Origin: Eledone cirrhosa
Lineage: Eukaryota
Length of the DNA: 64,000 nt
Assembly: GCA_964016885.1 (NCBI GenBank)
Contig: OZ024740.1
Coordinates: forward strand, 302,932,001 to 302,996,000
Direction of reading: 5' to 3'
A model generated the notes under the pieces. The model was not told where the DNA came from. It was given only the letters and a program-made list of their open reading frames with translations, and did no database searches. This document shows, one piece after another, positions 42,386 through 54,874 of this stretch. The first letter of the stretch is position 1. Each line of letters begins with the position of its first letter. A program made the translations under genes and the position numbers.

Positions 42386-43664
42386 GTTACTACCACTACT
42401 ACAGCTAATTCTACAGTTATTTCTACTATTACTAGAATTACTATTATTAATAGAGCCATCATTATTATACTTGTCAGCACCAGCAACAACATGAATGTTG
42501 TAAAGTTTCAGTAAAACTAAGAACTAATACATACCAAATATTAATATTCTTTTCAGAAGTGAATAACATTTCAAAATATCAAAAAATAACAAATAGAAAA
42601 ATATTTTCTAACCATCATTTATTACAAATTTGTTCCAACCTTAATGTTTTTACAAATATCCTGCTGTGAGGGAATATTTCTTCGAGAGTATTATAGTTAT
42701 TTTTAGTTGTCAAGTTATTTAATTAGTCACTATATTTGTTGCTGTTGTTGTTATAATCATCTTCACCTTATCATCATAATCATAATTATCACTAACATCA
42801 CAATCATATATCATTATTGAAGAAATCATTATTATTATTATTATCATCATCATAACCATCATCATCATCTTCATCATTATTAATGATGACTATTGTCATA
42901 TTAATTGTTTGTTGTTTGTTGACATTTTTATTTTGATTATGATGAACCTAACTTTCACAGATATTTTCAATTCTTATGTCAAGAATTCTGAGTTCCTTCA
43001 TAAATTATACCTATTGTTATCTTACAGTGTAATTGAAACAACTTCTAGTGATGGTACTCACAGAAACTCGGTATATATATCGAAACTAATTCATCAATAT
43101 TTGTGATGATTGACATTTTATTCAATGCAAATATCATTCTTTATATAATGACATTTTCAAAATGTTTTGTAATTTTCTCATTGTGTTAATGTTATGTTTT
43201 TTTTCTTTTTTATTTCCTTAAACGACATAGAACATAGAAATTTGTATAATATTCTCTACAAGTTTTGTTTTTGTCATTTGTCATGTACAAAATGTTCATG
43301 TATATGTATGTCTGTATGTTTATGTCTATATGTTTATGTCTTGTTTGTATGAGTATATATTTGTGTGCATAAAAATGTGTTCTGAATTTTTAAATTATAT
43401 TTATGAAATTACAGGTTAGAAATTACCTTCTAAATAAAGATAAATGCAACACATGGGTTTTAAATAAATTATATTGATGCATCTGTTCTTTGTTGACTAT
43501 TCTAATTTCATTTTCCTTTTTATTTTTCATTTTGTCTAATTTTTTCATAAAAGTAATAATAGAATACAATGATATAAAGTTTATGAATAGATTAAGAACT
43601 GTTTGTTGATTGTTTTATGTTTTTTAAACAAAACTATAAATTGGTTATTTTGCATTTATTATTT

Positions 43665-43870
43665 CGGTGGATGGGCAGAATCTATAGATTGTCAGACAAA
43701 CTGCGTTGCAGTATTTGTTCTGGCTCTTTATGTTCTAAGTGAGGTCAACTTTGCCTTTCATCTTATCGAGGTTGATAAAATAAAATAGCATTTAAGTATT
43801 AGACTGAATATAATCGGCTTTCCTTTCCTCTGAAACTGCTGGCCTTGTCCTTAAATTCGAAATTATTATT
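43665..43870 (+). mobile_element. short SINE (same family, decayed)
   Basis: GAGGTCAACTTTGCCTTTCATC..GTTGATAAAATAAA..TGCTGGCCTTGT. Confidence 0.65.
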
Positions 43871-45667
43871 TCCAAACTGTTTTTATAAGGCAATTTTTAT
43901 AAATTAGACAATTTGAAATATTCTATTGAATCTATCAATTTCAACTTATTTTGGTTTCATTTAGCTTCTATGTTGTCAAAACAATATCCCTTTATCAGCT
44001 TGTAGGCAGTGTTACATAATTAGTGATGATTGTGAAGTACCATACCAACAAACAATAGATTGAATACAGTTTGAACAGAAAGCATGCATCTTTCACTTTG
44101 CTGAAGCCAGATGAGACTCCAAAAGTGTTTATAATACAGTTTTGATTGTCAGTTCACATGCTCTCTCTAGGAAATCAAACATACCTTAGAAGGAATATTA
44201 ATTTGTATCCTTATAATAAATTAGTTCATTTTCTCTATGATTTATTGCATGCTTTTAGACACATAAGTAGGACACATGTTTATATTAAACCTCTATAAAT
44301 GTAGTACATATATATTCACTACATTTAATCGGCTTTTACCACGATTCCTCAAGTTAGTGGAAAGATACATAGTTATGACATATCATACAACACCGGATGT
44401 TGGACTTATTTACCATATTCTGAATAAATGAATTCTTTTAATTTTGTTTCACTCTTAACTGCAATGAAACTTTATATAGTTTTGTCTGCCAGAATATGAA
44501 AATATGATTAAAACGTGTCCCATATGTCAACCAACCTTGAGATCAATGATAACTGCATAATATATTTGCACAAATGTTGATACAATTGCAGACACGTTCA
44601 ATCAGATACATACACCCCTAGTTTTGAAGGACACTGTGGATGCTCATATACATGCATATACAGAGTATATACCTTGGCATATTTATAATAAAGAGAAAAG
44701 CAGACGATTTGATTTCCTAATTTTTTCCTCCAATAAATTTTGTTTATCATAATGCATTTAGAAATATTTAAGTTTTAAATAAATGAAATAGCTTTTTAAG
44801 TTCAACGTTAAATTGATGCCCATGTTTTGCACATAAGCCTGAAATTCAAATCTTTAAAAATTTGACTTTATTTTCTACATAAATCAAAGCATGTAGAAAT
44901 ATACGCTTTTGATTAGTAATATTTACTAATGCTTTAATTATTCATTCTATTAAATTTTTAAATACTTCATAGTAATCTTCAAATGCTACATAATTATTTA
45001 TATTGTATAAGGTATTCTATTGAATAAATAAGCAGCAAATTAATTTTACATTGTTATTGCAATCCTTGGTTGTAGTTATGTAATGTTATAAAACAATAGC
45101 TTCTCATATAGAGACTAAATTCTTAAAGCTATACATTTAAATAAAATATAATTTTGTGATATTTTAAGGTAATTTCAATTCATAGTTAGACTTAATACTA
45201 CTCTGAATATTTTGTATGGAAGATTTGCATCTTGAAAACCCAATAATTTCCAAATTATCTACTATAAAGTGTTCATGTGTGCATAAATTCGGTGAAGCTG
45301 TTCCACATATGATATTCATCTTATCTAGTTCTCTTTTTATTCATAGGGCCAAATGTCTGTAGATTATATTCAACAATATCATTCCAATCATTTTTAACCT
45401 AATCATCATGTACCCACTCAGCAATAAAAATAATTTGATTTGAGCCTGTTATCCTTAAGACATGTTATTTTTGTTCATCAAATTCTTGTTATCATCATTA
45501 AATGCATAAAGTATTTGGGCTTTTAAACACTACAATAGCTATCTATCACTGGCTACAATACGTGTAGTAAGATAACAAAACATAACATAATACTTTCTAT
45601 TGATAATTACAAAATACATCGTAGATGTTTTTTCCTTTTAATAGTTAGTGTCATTTCTATTCCCAGC

Positions 45668-45808
45668 ATAGTTACGTCTCTTTACGATCTGAGTTCAAAT
45701 CCCGCCGAGGTTGACTTTGCCTTTCATCCTTACGGGGTCGATAAAATAAAGTACCAGTAATGTACTGGATAATTGCTGGCCCTGTGCCAAAAGTAGAAAC
45801 AATTATTA
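45668..45808 (+). mobile_element. short SINE (same family)
   Basis: Near-identical core and 3' end AATTGCTGGCC..GTGCCAAAAGTAGAAACAATTAT. Confidence 0.8.
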
Positions 45809-46704
45809 CATACTGCAATAATAGACTATAATTGTGGGATACATCTGATACAATGTTTAAACAGACTGCATAATGATGTATCTCTATATATATTCCAAGC
45901 GTCACTCTATGCTTTTGTTTCATAAAAGTATTTACTGTTGAATAACTGTATGGTTTCTGTCTATTTTGTTCACGAGACACTTTCTAGTTTCTAGATTATT
46001 TTCACATTCGTTTCTTTGAGGGTCAACATTCACACCAAATACCTGATTGTGGGATCTGTCAGGCATCTTTTCTGAGACAGTAAATACAAATTAACCAAAC
46101 AATTTTTCCTTGAATATAGTATACTAATGTCTTGGAGAAGAGATTCCCTCAATATTTTGATTATTTTGTCATCCTCACTCTAATGTACCATTATTTTTGT
46201 AACATTTAAAAATAATATTTACAGTTCCCGTCCCACCCTTGCAAGCAGGGAAAATGAAATGATGATGAAATGATTATCACTCTTAATATCAAAATAATAT
46301 ATGTGGTTTGTTCATATATTGACTATAATGTTTACTTTCTGCAATATTATCTCAAGGTTTATAGATTTCTCTTGTTTGGCTTTCCTATTTGGTTTCTCAT
46401 TAATCCTTATGAGTTTGGCAGATATTTCACTAATGTTCTAGATAGTTCATAAACATTATACATTATACAGCTGTGCCACCAATATCTCTCTATTCTTATT
46501 AGTTATTTTTTGTTAGGGAAGTTGATATTTCATTTACGCATTTGATGTCTAGACTAAATATCTTCTTTTCATACCTCCATATGACTGGTTTTCTTGTAGT
46601 CCAGACCTGGCAAAGTTGCATAAAGACTGTAACAAGAACAAATAACCTACTCAGGTACCTGGACTACCAGGAATGCTAGCACACATCATATTCTGGATTG
46701 ATAG

Positions 46705-46880
46705 TATCTGTGGAGCGTCAGGCAACATGCTTTGCTGCATATAGTTACGGCCCTTTACGGTCTGAGTTCAAATCCCACCGAGGTTAACTTTGCCTTTCAT
46801 CCTTATGGGGTCGATAAAATAATGCACCAGTAATGCACTGGGGTAATTGCTGGCCTTGTGCCAAAAGTAGAAGCAATTAT
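46705..46880 (+). mobile_element. short SINE (same family)
   Basis: Near-identical core and 3' end. Confidence 0.8.
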
Positions 46881-47159
46881 ATCATTAACATATGAAATAG
46901 AAACATGAGAGCTAAGATATTGTATACAAATAAAAAAAATTCTAAAAACTCTTGATTCAAAATTTTCAGTTCAAAAATCCTGATAAAGAGGATGAAAGGT
47001 ACTGTTCAATTCCAAAACATAACTCTTAGAAATTATGCATATGAATGAAATATTTCAGAAATTTGGCATTTAAAAGCAAATAATTATATAAATGCTTTTC
47101 AAAGATGTTAACACATTGTCATATAATATTGTTAAGGGAATTAAGGTACATTTCTTTCT

Positions 47160-47435
47160 ACAGTCCCTCTCCGACAGGTTTGTCGGCAAGCAGTGGAGAC
47201 TTCAAGTGTCCTTGGCTCTAGAACCACCTCCCTGCTCGTCACCATCAGCACAGATTCGGCTACCTGCAGGAGTAAGCCTCACAAGTTTGAATGGCGCTTC
47301 CAATGTGTCTCCCTCACCATCCTCTGGGGAAACGTCTTCACTATTCTATCTGCCGGGATCATGGGGCGGCCGGCGAGTGGGTTCCCATTTGCACATAATA
47401 GTGAGAGATGGGGAGTGCAAGACGAGGTCAGTCAG
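47160..47435 (+). mobile_element. CRE-like (restriction-like endonuclease) non-LTR retrotransposon 3' fragment (copy 2)
   Basis: Translates QSLSDRF..AVETSSVLGSRTTSLL..EWRFQCVSLTILWGNVFTIL. This resembles the C-terminal PxAxETxGxxG..WLxQRxSLAxxRGNA signature of CRE-clade ORFs. Confidence 0.65.
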
Positions 47436-47541
47436 TGAAAAAGAGAGAATATCAACAAACTAAAATATACACAAGGGTAAAAAAACAAAGTGAGAATGTA
47501 ATACCTGTATGGGGATTATAAGGTTAGTCTGCCCACATACA

Positions 47542-47599
<58 letters not shown>

Positions 47600-47618
47600 A
47601 TATATATATGTGTGTATG

Positions 47619-47649
<31 letters not shown>

Positions 47650-47667
47650 GATATATGTGTATGTATG

Positions 47668-47771
<104 letters not shown>

Positions 47772-47786
47772 CATACATACACATAT

Positions 47787-47834
<48 letters not shown>

Positions 47835-47845
47835 CATACACATAT

Positions 47846-47889
<44 letters not shown>

Positions 47890-47971
47890 ATAGGTGTGTA
47901 TATATGTATATGTGTCTATGAAAAATATATGCATACATTTAAATGCATATGCATATGCTATATTTACATTG

Positions 47972-48262
47972 TATGGCTTAGTGATTTGGTTATTCAGCTC
48001 ATGACTATAAGATTATGAGTTTGAATCATGGCAGCGTGTTGTGTATTTGAGCAATACACATTATTTCCCATTGCTGCAATTCAAACTGCTGCCAAAAATG
48101 AGCTGCACCTGTGATTCAAATGGCCAATCATGTCACACACCACCATGTTGAATCTTCCAGAGAACTACCTTAAGGGTACACATATAAGTTGAATGCTCAA
48201 CCATTTGCATTTTAATTTCATGGGCATGGTGTTCTATCGTTCGAACAACTGGAACACTCATA
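47972..48262 (+). mobile_element. tRNA-derived SINE (decayed, near full length)
   Basis: Degenerate A/B boxes and a TTGAGCAATACAC body. Its 3' region is shared with 61656-61970 and 31235-31335. Confidence 0.65.
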
Positions 48263-48304
<42 letters not shown>

Positions 48305-48308
48305 GAGG

Positions 48309-48407
48309 GTCAGGGCCCTGTGGCTGAGCTCTTGTTGTTTCAGCAGCTAGTTCCAGACTATGGAACTAGATGTTGAAACGGCAAGGGCTCAGCCATCGGG
48401 TCCTGAC
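48309..48407 (+). repeat. 47-bp ungapped hairpin with a 5-nt loop
   Basis: 48309-48355 pairs with 48361-48407. On the + strand this gives 39 Watson-Crick pairs, 6 G.U pairs and 2 mismatches. Confidence 0.92.
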
Positions 48408-48482
48408 ATCCTGAATTATATCCCAAGTATCGAGTTCTCTCTTGAATAATGGTCCAACTAGCTTAAAATAGGTTCAACCCTG

Positions 48483-48532
<50 letters not shown>

Positions 48533-48660
48533 AAATGTAATCTGAGTTTTTCGAATATTAATAATAACATTCGATTCGTTTGCAATTATGCAAACAAACC
48601 TCATTTTTATAGCCATGTCACTAGAATGAACTCTTCATTCTTGCTCTTGTGTTGGCATGT

Positions 48661-48722
48661 AAACAGAACTGCAGACACTAATGTTTCTGGGTATCAACCT
48701 TCATCAGTACAGCTCACTGTTC
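48661..48722 (-). ncRNA. type I hammerhead ribozyme with extended, bulged stem I
   Basis: Minus strand reads GAACA-GU-GAGCUGUA-CUGAUGA-A-GGU-UGAU-ACC-CA-GAAA-CAUUAGUG-UC-UGCAGUUC-UGUUU. Stem I is 8+5 bp, stem III is quasi-palindromic and the triplet is the canonical GUC. Confidence 0.8.
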
Positions 48723-49204
48723 ACCTGCCAACTGTCAGAGCTAGTGAAAATATATGCTATTTTCTAAAATATACAATGACTGATTGGTCTGATTTGCATA
48801 GTAGCAGACTGGCTGATCAGTTAGATCTGCATATTAGCAGATCCACTGTTCAGCCGACTAGATTACATTTATTGTATTCAGCTATGTAGAGCGAAAATTT
48901 TCTTTTTTTATATATATATACAGATATATAGATATTTAAATATATATAGGTATGCACATATTTATATGAATATATACATTTATATATATGTGCGTGTGTG
49001 TATTATGAGAATACCATTGTGTTTTAGTAAACTTAAGCCCCTAATGAGTAAACTTTGATGTAATTTGTGTTCAGTAATATTGAGAAAATATGTCAATTCA
49101 TAGACGTTGATGAGAAAAACAACTATTCGCCATTATCACAAATTTTATGTGACTTGTCAAAGCTAAGGATCTGTCTGAAATCAAACCTGATGGTTAATAA
49201 GGTA

Positions 49205-49844
49205 ATATAATACAATCTATATTTGAAGTGGGTTCATCCGGGATCTTGGTCAGTATAATGTCGAGATGGCTCTTGAAAACATCTACATACACACCATATA
49301 GAACTCTCAGATTTTGTGGCAGCTTATTAAAAAGATGGCATCCCTTGAACCCCAGTATATTGCAGTATATGGTCCTTATTCTTGATGCAACAGATAGGAC
49401 CATTGACACTACACAGTGGCATCCTATTTGTGGGCTGGTCATGCCTTCAATTTCAAACTTTGGTGCTAAGCCTTTCAGGATGTTCCATAGGGATATCACT
49501 TGTCTTCGCTCCAGGAGTAAAGCTTTAGTTTTTCTCAGCCTCTCCCAATGGCTCATCTCTTTCAATGAGTCAATCCACTTGGGGTAGCTTTGTGGAATTG
49601 CTCTGTTGAATCTGCACTTTGACACTGTATGGCGACCACAGCCAAGAGCAATAATCTAGATGGCTGAGGAGGACAAGCACGGTTTTCTGGTCTCTTGTCC
49701 TGAATGTCCTCACAATCCAATCTGCCACTCATCAGCATATTGCCATCATTTTGGTGATGTGTGCATAAAACGATGCATCGTTGCTCATGTCAATATCCAG
49801 GTCCCGTATATTTTGACTAGGGTATTTCGATTCCTCCTGGTCCA

Positions 49845-49846
<2 letters not shown>
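49205..49846 (-). mobile_element. CR1/L2-group LINE ORF2 C-terminal fragment
   Basis: Minus strand reads ..IRDLDIDMSNDASFYAHI..WIVRTFRTRD..SHLDYCSWLWSP..SHWERLRK..LERR..LFNKLPQNLR..VFKSHLDIILTKIPDEP, with frameshifts and stops. Confidence 0.8.
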
Positions 49847-49908
<62 letters not shown>

Positions 49909-50141
49909 TTATAAACAAGTTCATAGAGTTTTTATTTAAATTCTAAAAATTTAATTCAGAAAATAACACATCAATTGGATTACTTAATAAAATCTTGTTT
50001 TCCGATGATAATATTTCTAGCATATATATATAAAGAAACTAGATCACATCTATATTTACTTCATTTGGATGTCTTCAAAAATAATATCATTATCTCTGCT
50101 ATACTACACTGTAGTGAACGTTTCTTGCATAAATATGTATG

Positions 50142-50179
<38 letters not shown>

Positions 50180-50214
50180 TACATACACATGCACACACAC
50201 ACACACACACACAT

Positions 50215-50255
<41 letters not shown>

Positions 50256-50876
50256 CATACAGGTATATATAAACACAAAACTAATTATATATATATTTAT
50301 ATACATATAAATATATCTGTGTATATAAGTATGTATGTATATATGTATTTATATACACATATATATATATGTGTGTGTGTATGCGTCTATTATATATGTA
50401 TGTATGGATGGATGTATGAATGGATGTATGTATGCTGTATGTTCATATTTCGCCTCTCTTCTGAATCATATAAATGTAGTATTTCTACAGGGAATTAGTA
50501 CCCTAATCTTATGTAAATATAACAATTTTTGTTTTCAAATTATTTAATCTTTTGCACAGTGTACTAGAAATGCGGAGTTTATAAGTTTGTTAATGTAACT
50601 CAAATTCCACATTACAATCTCAGAAAATGATCCTGCCGTGGCATGTATTTTGTCATTATACAATATTTGTATACAAGTACAAAATGTATTCCTACAATTG
50701 CTTATAGATCATACTAAAATTGTACAAGAAAATCTTTTTTCAGGAAAGGCTTTCCATTGTCTACTCAACTTCATGTAGTCTATTCTGTTTTCTGGGTGTC
50801 TCATATTCTGAGACACATTGTACAAATAATCTCAAACATGCTCAGACTATTACATATTTTTGTGTGATTATATATC

Positions 50877-50920
<44 letters not shown>

Positions 50921-51031
50921 TACATACATATATATTTTATGTATTTACATTATAAATACACATACATATGTGTCTATTTATACACATGTATATATGTATC
51001 AACATGTATATTACATACACATATATACATG

Positions 51032-51091
<60 letters not shown>

Positions 51092-51092
51092 T

Positions 51093-51396
51093 GAAGATAT
51101 GTGGCCTTGTGGTCACAGTGTTCAAATCCCAGAACCAGTGCGCTGCTGTGTTTTGAGTAAAACACTCTATTTCACATTGCTGCAGTTCACTCCGCTGTAA
51201 ACATGAGTTATGACGTCACTGTTGGCAAGCTGTATCGGCCTTTGCCTTTCTCTTGGACAACATCAGTGGCATGGGGAAGGGAGACTGTTATACATGGGCA
51301 ACTGCTGGTCTTCACAAAATCACCTTGCATTGGGGGGGGGGGACTTTCTAGGTGCAAAGCCTATGCCCATTCGTAACCAAAGGGGGTCTTTGCCCT
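51093..51396 (+). mobile_element. tRNA-derived SINE
   Basis: TGTGGCCTTGTGG..GTTCAAATCCC..TTGAGTAAAACACTCTATTTCACATTGCT, the same head and body as the copy at 4432. Confidence 0.65.
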
Positions 51397-51438
51397 ATAT
51401 ATATATATATTCAACCTAAATTTCCTTTCTCATTGCAA

Positions 51439-51514
51439 TCTTCAGATGATCAGATTCACTCCACTCCAATCTTATAAGATTGCAGTAGTGTGAAACTTGA
51501 ATAGCAAGAAAAGA
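51439..51514 (+). ncRNA. inactivated hammerhead relic
   Basis: UCUU-CAGAUGA-(long stem II with palindrome CAATCTTATAAGATTG)-GAAA-CUUG-AAUAG-CAAG-AA-AAGA. The helices are kept, but two catalytic-core U residues are changed to A. Confidence 0.45.
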
Positions 51515-51977
51515 AATTTGGATTAAATAAAACATATTCTGTGTACTCCTTTTCTCATCCGTTCACAATATGTAACGTTTGAACATGCTATTGTTTTAGA
51601 ATTTAAATGAAAACTGTTTTTTAGTAAAATGCTGAAAATTCATCATCTTTGATCCCTTTTTTTATATGAGGAAAATATCAAATATCCAATATATATTCAA
51701 TACAAAGTTATTTGATCAATTCTTTAGATATTATGTAAAAGGTTTTTACATAGAAAAAATTAACCTAAGACATTATATATAAGTATATATATAAATATCC
51801 TCTTTTTTCCTGAATTTCATTATTTGAATATTAATATTTTCTTTCTAGTTTATTTATATATATTGAGATATATATTACTGATTTGTTGTTGTTTATTCAA
51901 ACTATTCTATTTCGTTTACAGATGCTATAAATTTAATTTCGCACATTAATTTCACTATTTTTACTTCTGTGATCTAG

Positions 51978-52133
51978 ATCACTTTTCAAGTGGATTCTAT
52001 CAAAGAAATTGGTACAACGATTGGAACGTTTACTTTGCTTTCGAGCAAAGTACTTTTCTTAGGGGGAAGACTCAACACGATAGCCCTACCTGGCTCAAAG
52101 CTTAAACAAAATTTCAAAGGCTGTATGAGGAAG
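51978..52133 (+). CDS. Nrx-1: alpha-neurexin exon (LNS2 C-terminal half)
   Basis: TAG acceptor at 51975-51977; 156 nt, phase 0/0. Reads ITFQVDSIKEIGTTIGTFTLLSSKVLFLGGRLNTIALPGSKLKQNFKGCMRK (cf. VTISVDG..YTMLGSDDFFYVGG..LPGS..NFMGCLKE). Donor AAG|GTAAGC. Confidence 0.93.
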
Positions 52134-53377
52134 GTAAGCATATCTAACTTCCAACAAATCTTTTTTTTTTTAAATCTAAAATTATACTGAAGAACGTGTC
52201 AACAAAATATTATGCTTTGAAATTTGTAACAAAATTCCAAAATCAACAATCGAAATAGCAAACCTGATAAAATTTGATAGTATATCAATTGGAAAAATAC
52301 TTGTTTTTACTTGCATCTACTTAACATTTGGATTATTATTTTCAGATAATGATGGTTGTTTTCAATTTTACTCAGGGAAAGTTTTAAAGACTTTTAACAA
52401 TCATGAATATTTAATTCTTCTACTTTATAAGATCAGGAACTAAAGGCCAATACAATGAAGTTGTAAGCAAAATTTACATCAAAGTAAATTCCCAAAGATG
52501 TGTTTCTTGTTTCTGATTTAAAATTAGAATTGTTTGAAATTGTTAATTTACATGAATATTTTACCTAAGATGTCTATTTTTTTCTAAAATATGTATAAAA
52601 TAATTCGCCAAAATTTGAATCATCTACGTAGGAGTTTATCACTAATACTTCAACAAATTTGAAGCACTTTAGTTTCACCAATACGTCTACTTTGCTTTAT
52701 ACCATGCAGACAATTAGTTTTGCTATTACTTGTTCTTTAGGATGAGAACTTATAATTTATTGGATTCCAGTTAAAACTCTAGCTTTTCTTTATTTTGCTG
52801 TTTAAAATCTATTTTCAATATTATACTATGTGAAAAGGAAAACGCAGCTTTTCCATCTAGAATTCATAAAACTAGAGTGAAATTCTTTTGTTGATAACCC
52901 TTAGTTGTTATGTAAACCCAGAGAATACAATGATTTACTACTTACATGATAATACTATTTTCATCTTTCTAGAATTGAATTAGTATTTGAATGCGGAAAC
53001 ATGAGGCAAAATTCTAGATTTTAAAAACAGCTTGTTATATACTACACTCTCATTTATAAGAACTTCCCTGTCCTATCCTAATCATAATACAGATTTCATT
53101 GTATTTATATTCAAATTTTCCAGTTGATTTTAGTTTGCCTTATGATTTTAGTTTGCCCTACTCAGTAAAATATGAGATGGAGTGCTACGATACGAGTTTG
53201 TTGATTGCATAACCAATGATTTTATGAATTGGAAGCCTTTTGAATTATCAACATTGATTATTCAGCAAATAGTACCTGGATTGAAAAATAAATGTCAAAA
53301 CGCGAAAATAGAAAATATGATTTTGACTCTAAAATATGTTTCCTAATTTGAGTATTTACTTTAAATTTCTATTCCAG

Positions 53378-54164
53378 GTCTTCTATAAAGCCGATGGTAT
53401 TGAGCTAAACCTGATAGAACTTGGAAGAGATAAACATGACTTAATCGATGTCGTTGGGGATGTGCAATTTGGAAAATGTCACATTCATATAGATCCAGAA
53501 CCCGTCACGTTCACATCGCCCGACTCATTCATCACTCTTCCGAAATGGGACGTTTCCAAAGGAGGCAACCTATCTCTAAAATTTGTAACCAACGAACCAA
53601 ACAGTGTTCTCCTCTACAACAGTAGGAGCGAGAACCATGATGACTTCTTAGCAGTAGAAATACTGGATGGCTTCTTGTTCTTTATTTTCAGTATAAGGTC
53701 AAATACCCAAAGGCTGAGGGTAACAGAACAAAAAATTAACGATGCTTCAGTACATGAAATATACATCAATATGACAAAAGAAGGGGGGTATATCGATGTG
53801 GATGGACATAAGACGGATTATGCAATCCCTGGCAAGAGCGTATTGAGCCCGCATGGCAAATTATATCTAGGAGGCATCGGTGATAGGGAAGATCGATTTT
53901 TATTGCCAAAAGAAATATGGGCTGGAGTGCTAGGATATGGGTTTGTTGGTTGCTTAACCAATTTTTTTATGAATGGGGAGTCTTTCGAATTACCAGCATT
54001 GACTGTCGAACAAATGGTACCTGGAGTAAAAAACGAATGTCAAAACATGAAATCCCAGTGCTTGAAACGTCCCTGCTTGCACCAAGGAAACTGTGCCAAG
54101 GGCTGGAATCGATTCATTTGTGATTGCAGGCAAACTGGATATTATGGTACTCTATGTGAACATG
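53378..54164 (+). CDS. Nrx-1: alpha-neurexin exon (end of LNS2, LNS3, EGF-B)
   Basis: CAG acceptor; 787 nt. Reads VFYKADGIELNLIELG..EPVTFTSPDSFITLPKW..DFLAVEILDG..LYLGG..EIWAGVLGYGFVGC..CLKRPCLHQGNCAKGWNRFICDCRQTGYYGTLCEH, with the neurexin EGF motif GWNRxxCDC. Donor G|GTAAGT, phase 1. Confidence 0.97.
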
Positions 54165-54603
54165 GTAAGTTATTATTTTCTTTTTATGAATCCAGAGAGT
54201 ATGACTCATTATAAACTGTTGCAATATTTAAAATTACAGCAAAAGGAATACGATGGGTTGTTCGATTATTTTGATATAATTGTATATTTTGATAGAACAG
54301 TTTCTTGAAATTTCTAGATTTTTGTTTTTGTTTTGGAGAAGAAGCACTGAAATTATATTGTTGAAATAATGAAATTATTGTATTTTCAAATAAATTGTGG
54401 TATAAAATAATATTGAGAGAAATATACATTAAATGTCAACAGATTTATAAAGCAAAATACATTAAATCAAATATATGGAATTATTCGATATTGTTTTCTG
54501 GTGAATGCTATTAATTTGATATAATCATTGTAATCATTGTGGTTTAACATCCATTTTACTGCTTTGGAATATATTGGATTGGTTTGTTGTTTTCATATAC
54601 AAT

Positions 54604-54874
54604 ATGAGGATCAAGACTGTCCCCCATTCTCCCTACAGACCAGATTTAGTCCCATGTGACTTTTTGATGTTCCCAAAGCTGAAGGAGAAGCTCAGAGGTA
54701 TCCACTAAGAGGATGTGGAGAAGATGAAGGAAGCTGTGACAAGTTCCCTGGACAGCTTCACTGAACACCTTCCAGAAGTGACTGGACTGCTACAAGACTA
54801 GAGTTTTGCGTTGATCTAAGTTAAATAAATGTATCTCTGATAAAAGTCTCAAAACCTCTTGAGTGTACCTCGTA
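54604..54874 (+). mobile_element. mariner (Tc1/mariner) transposon 3' fragment
   Basis: MRIKTVPHSPYRPDLVPCDFLMFPKLKEKLRG matches the YSPDLAPxDF motif. An in-frame stop follows, and the fragment ends in a TIR-like ..GTGTACCTCG-TA. Confidence 0.85.

Noticed and set aside
51915-51977. Upstream alternative acceptor TTTACAG at 51921
   Set aside because: Its use gives an immediate stop in phase 0 (ATG CTA TAA), and also a TAG in the only phase that would restore the frame. Nothing else supports it.
53336-54214. 292-aa ORF as a stand-alone laminin-G protein
   Set aside because: Its N- and C-terminal residues are intronic read-through; splice sites at 53377 and 54165 join it in frame to the neighbouring neurexin exons.
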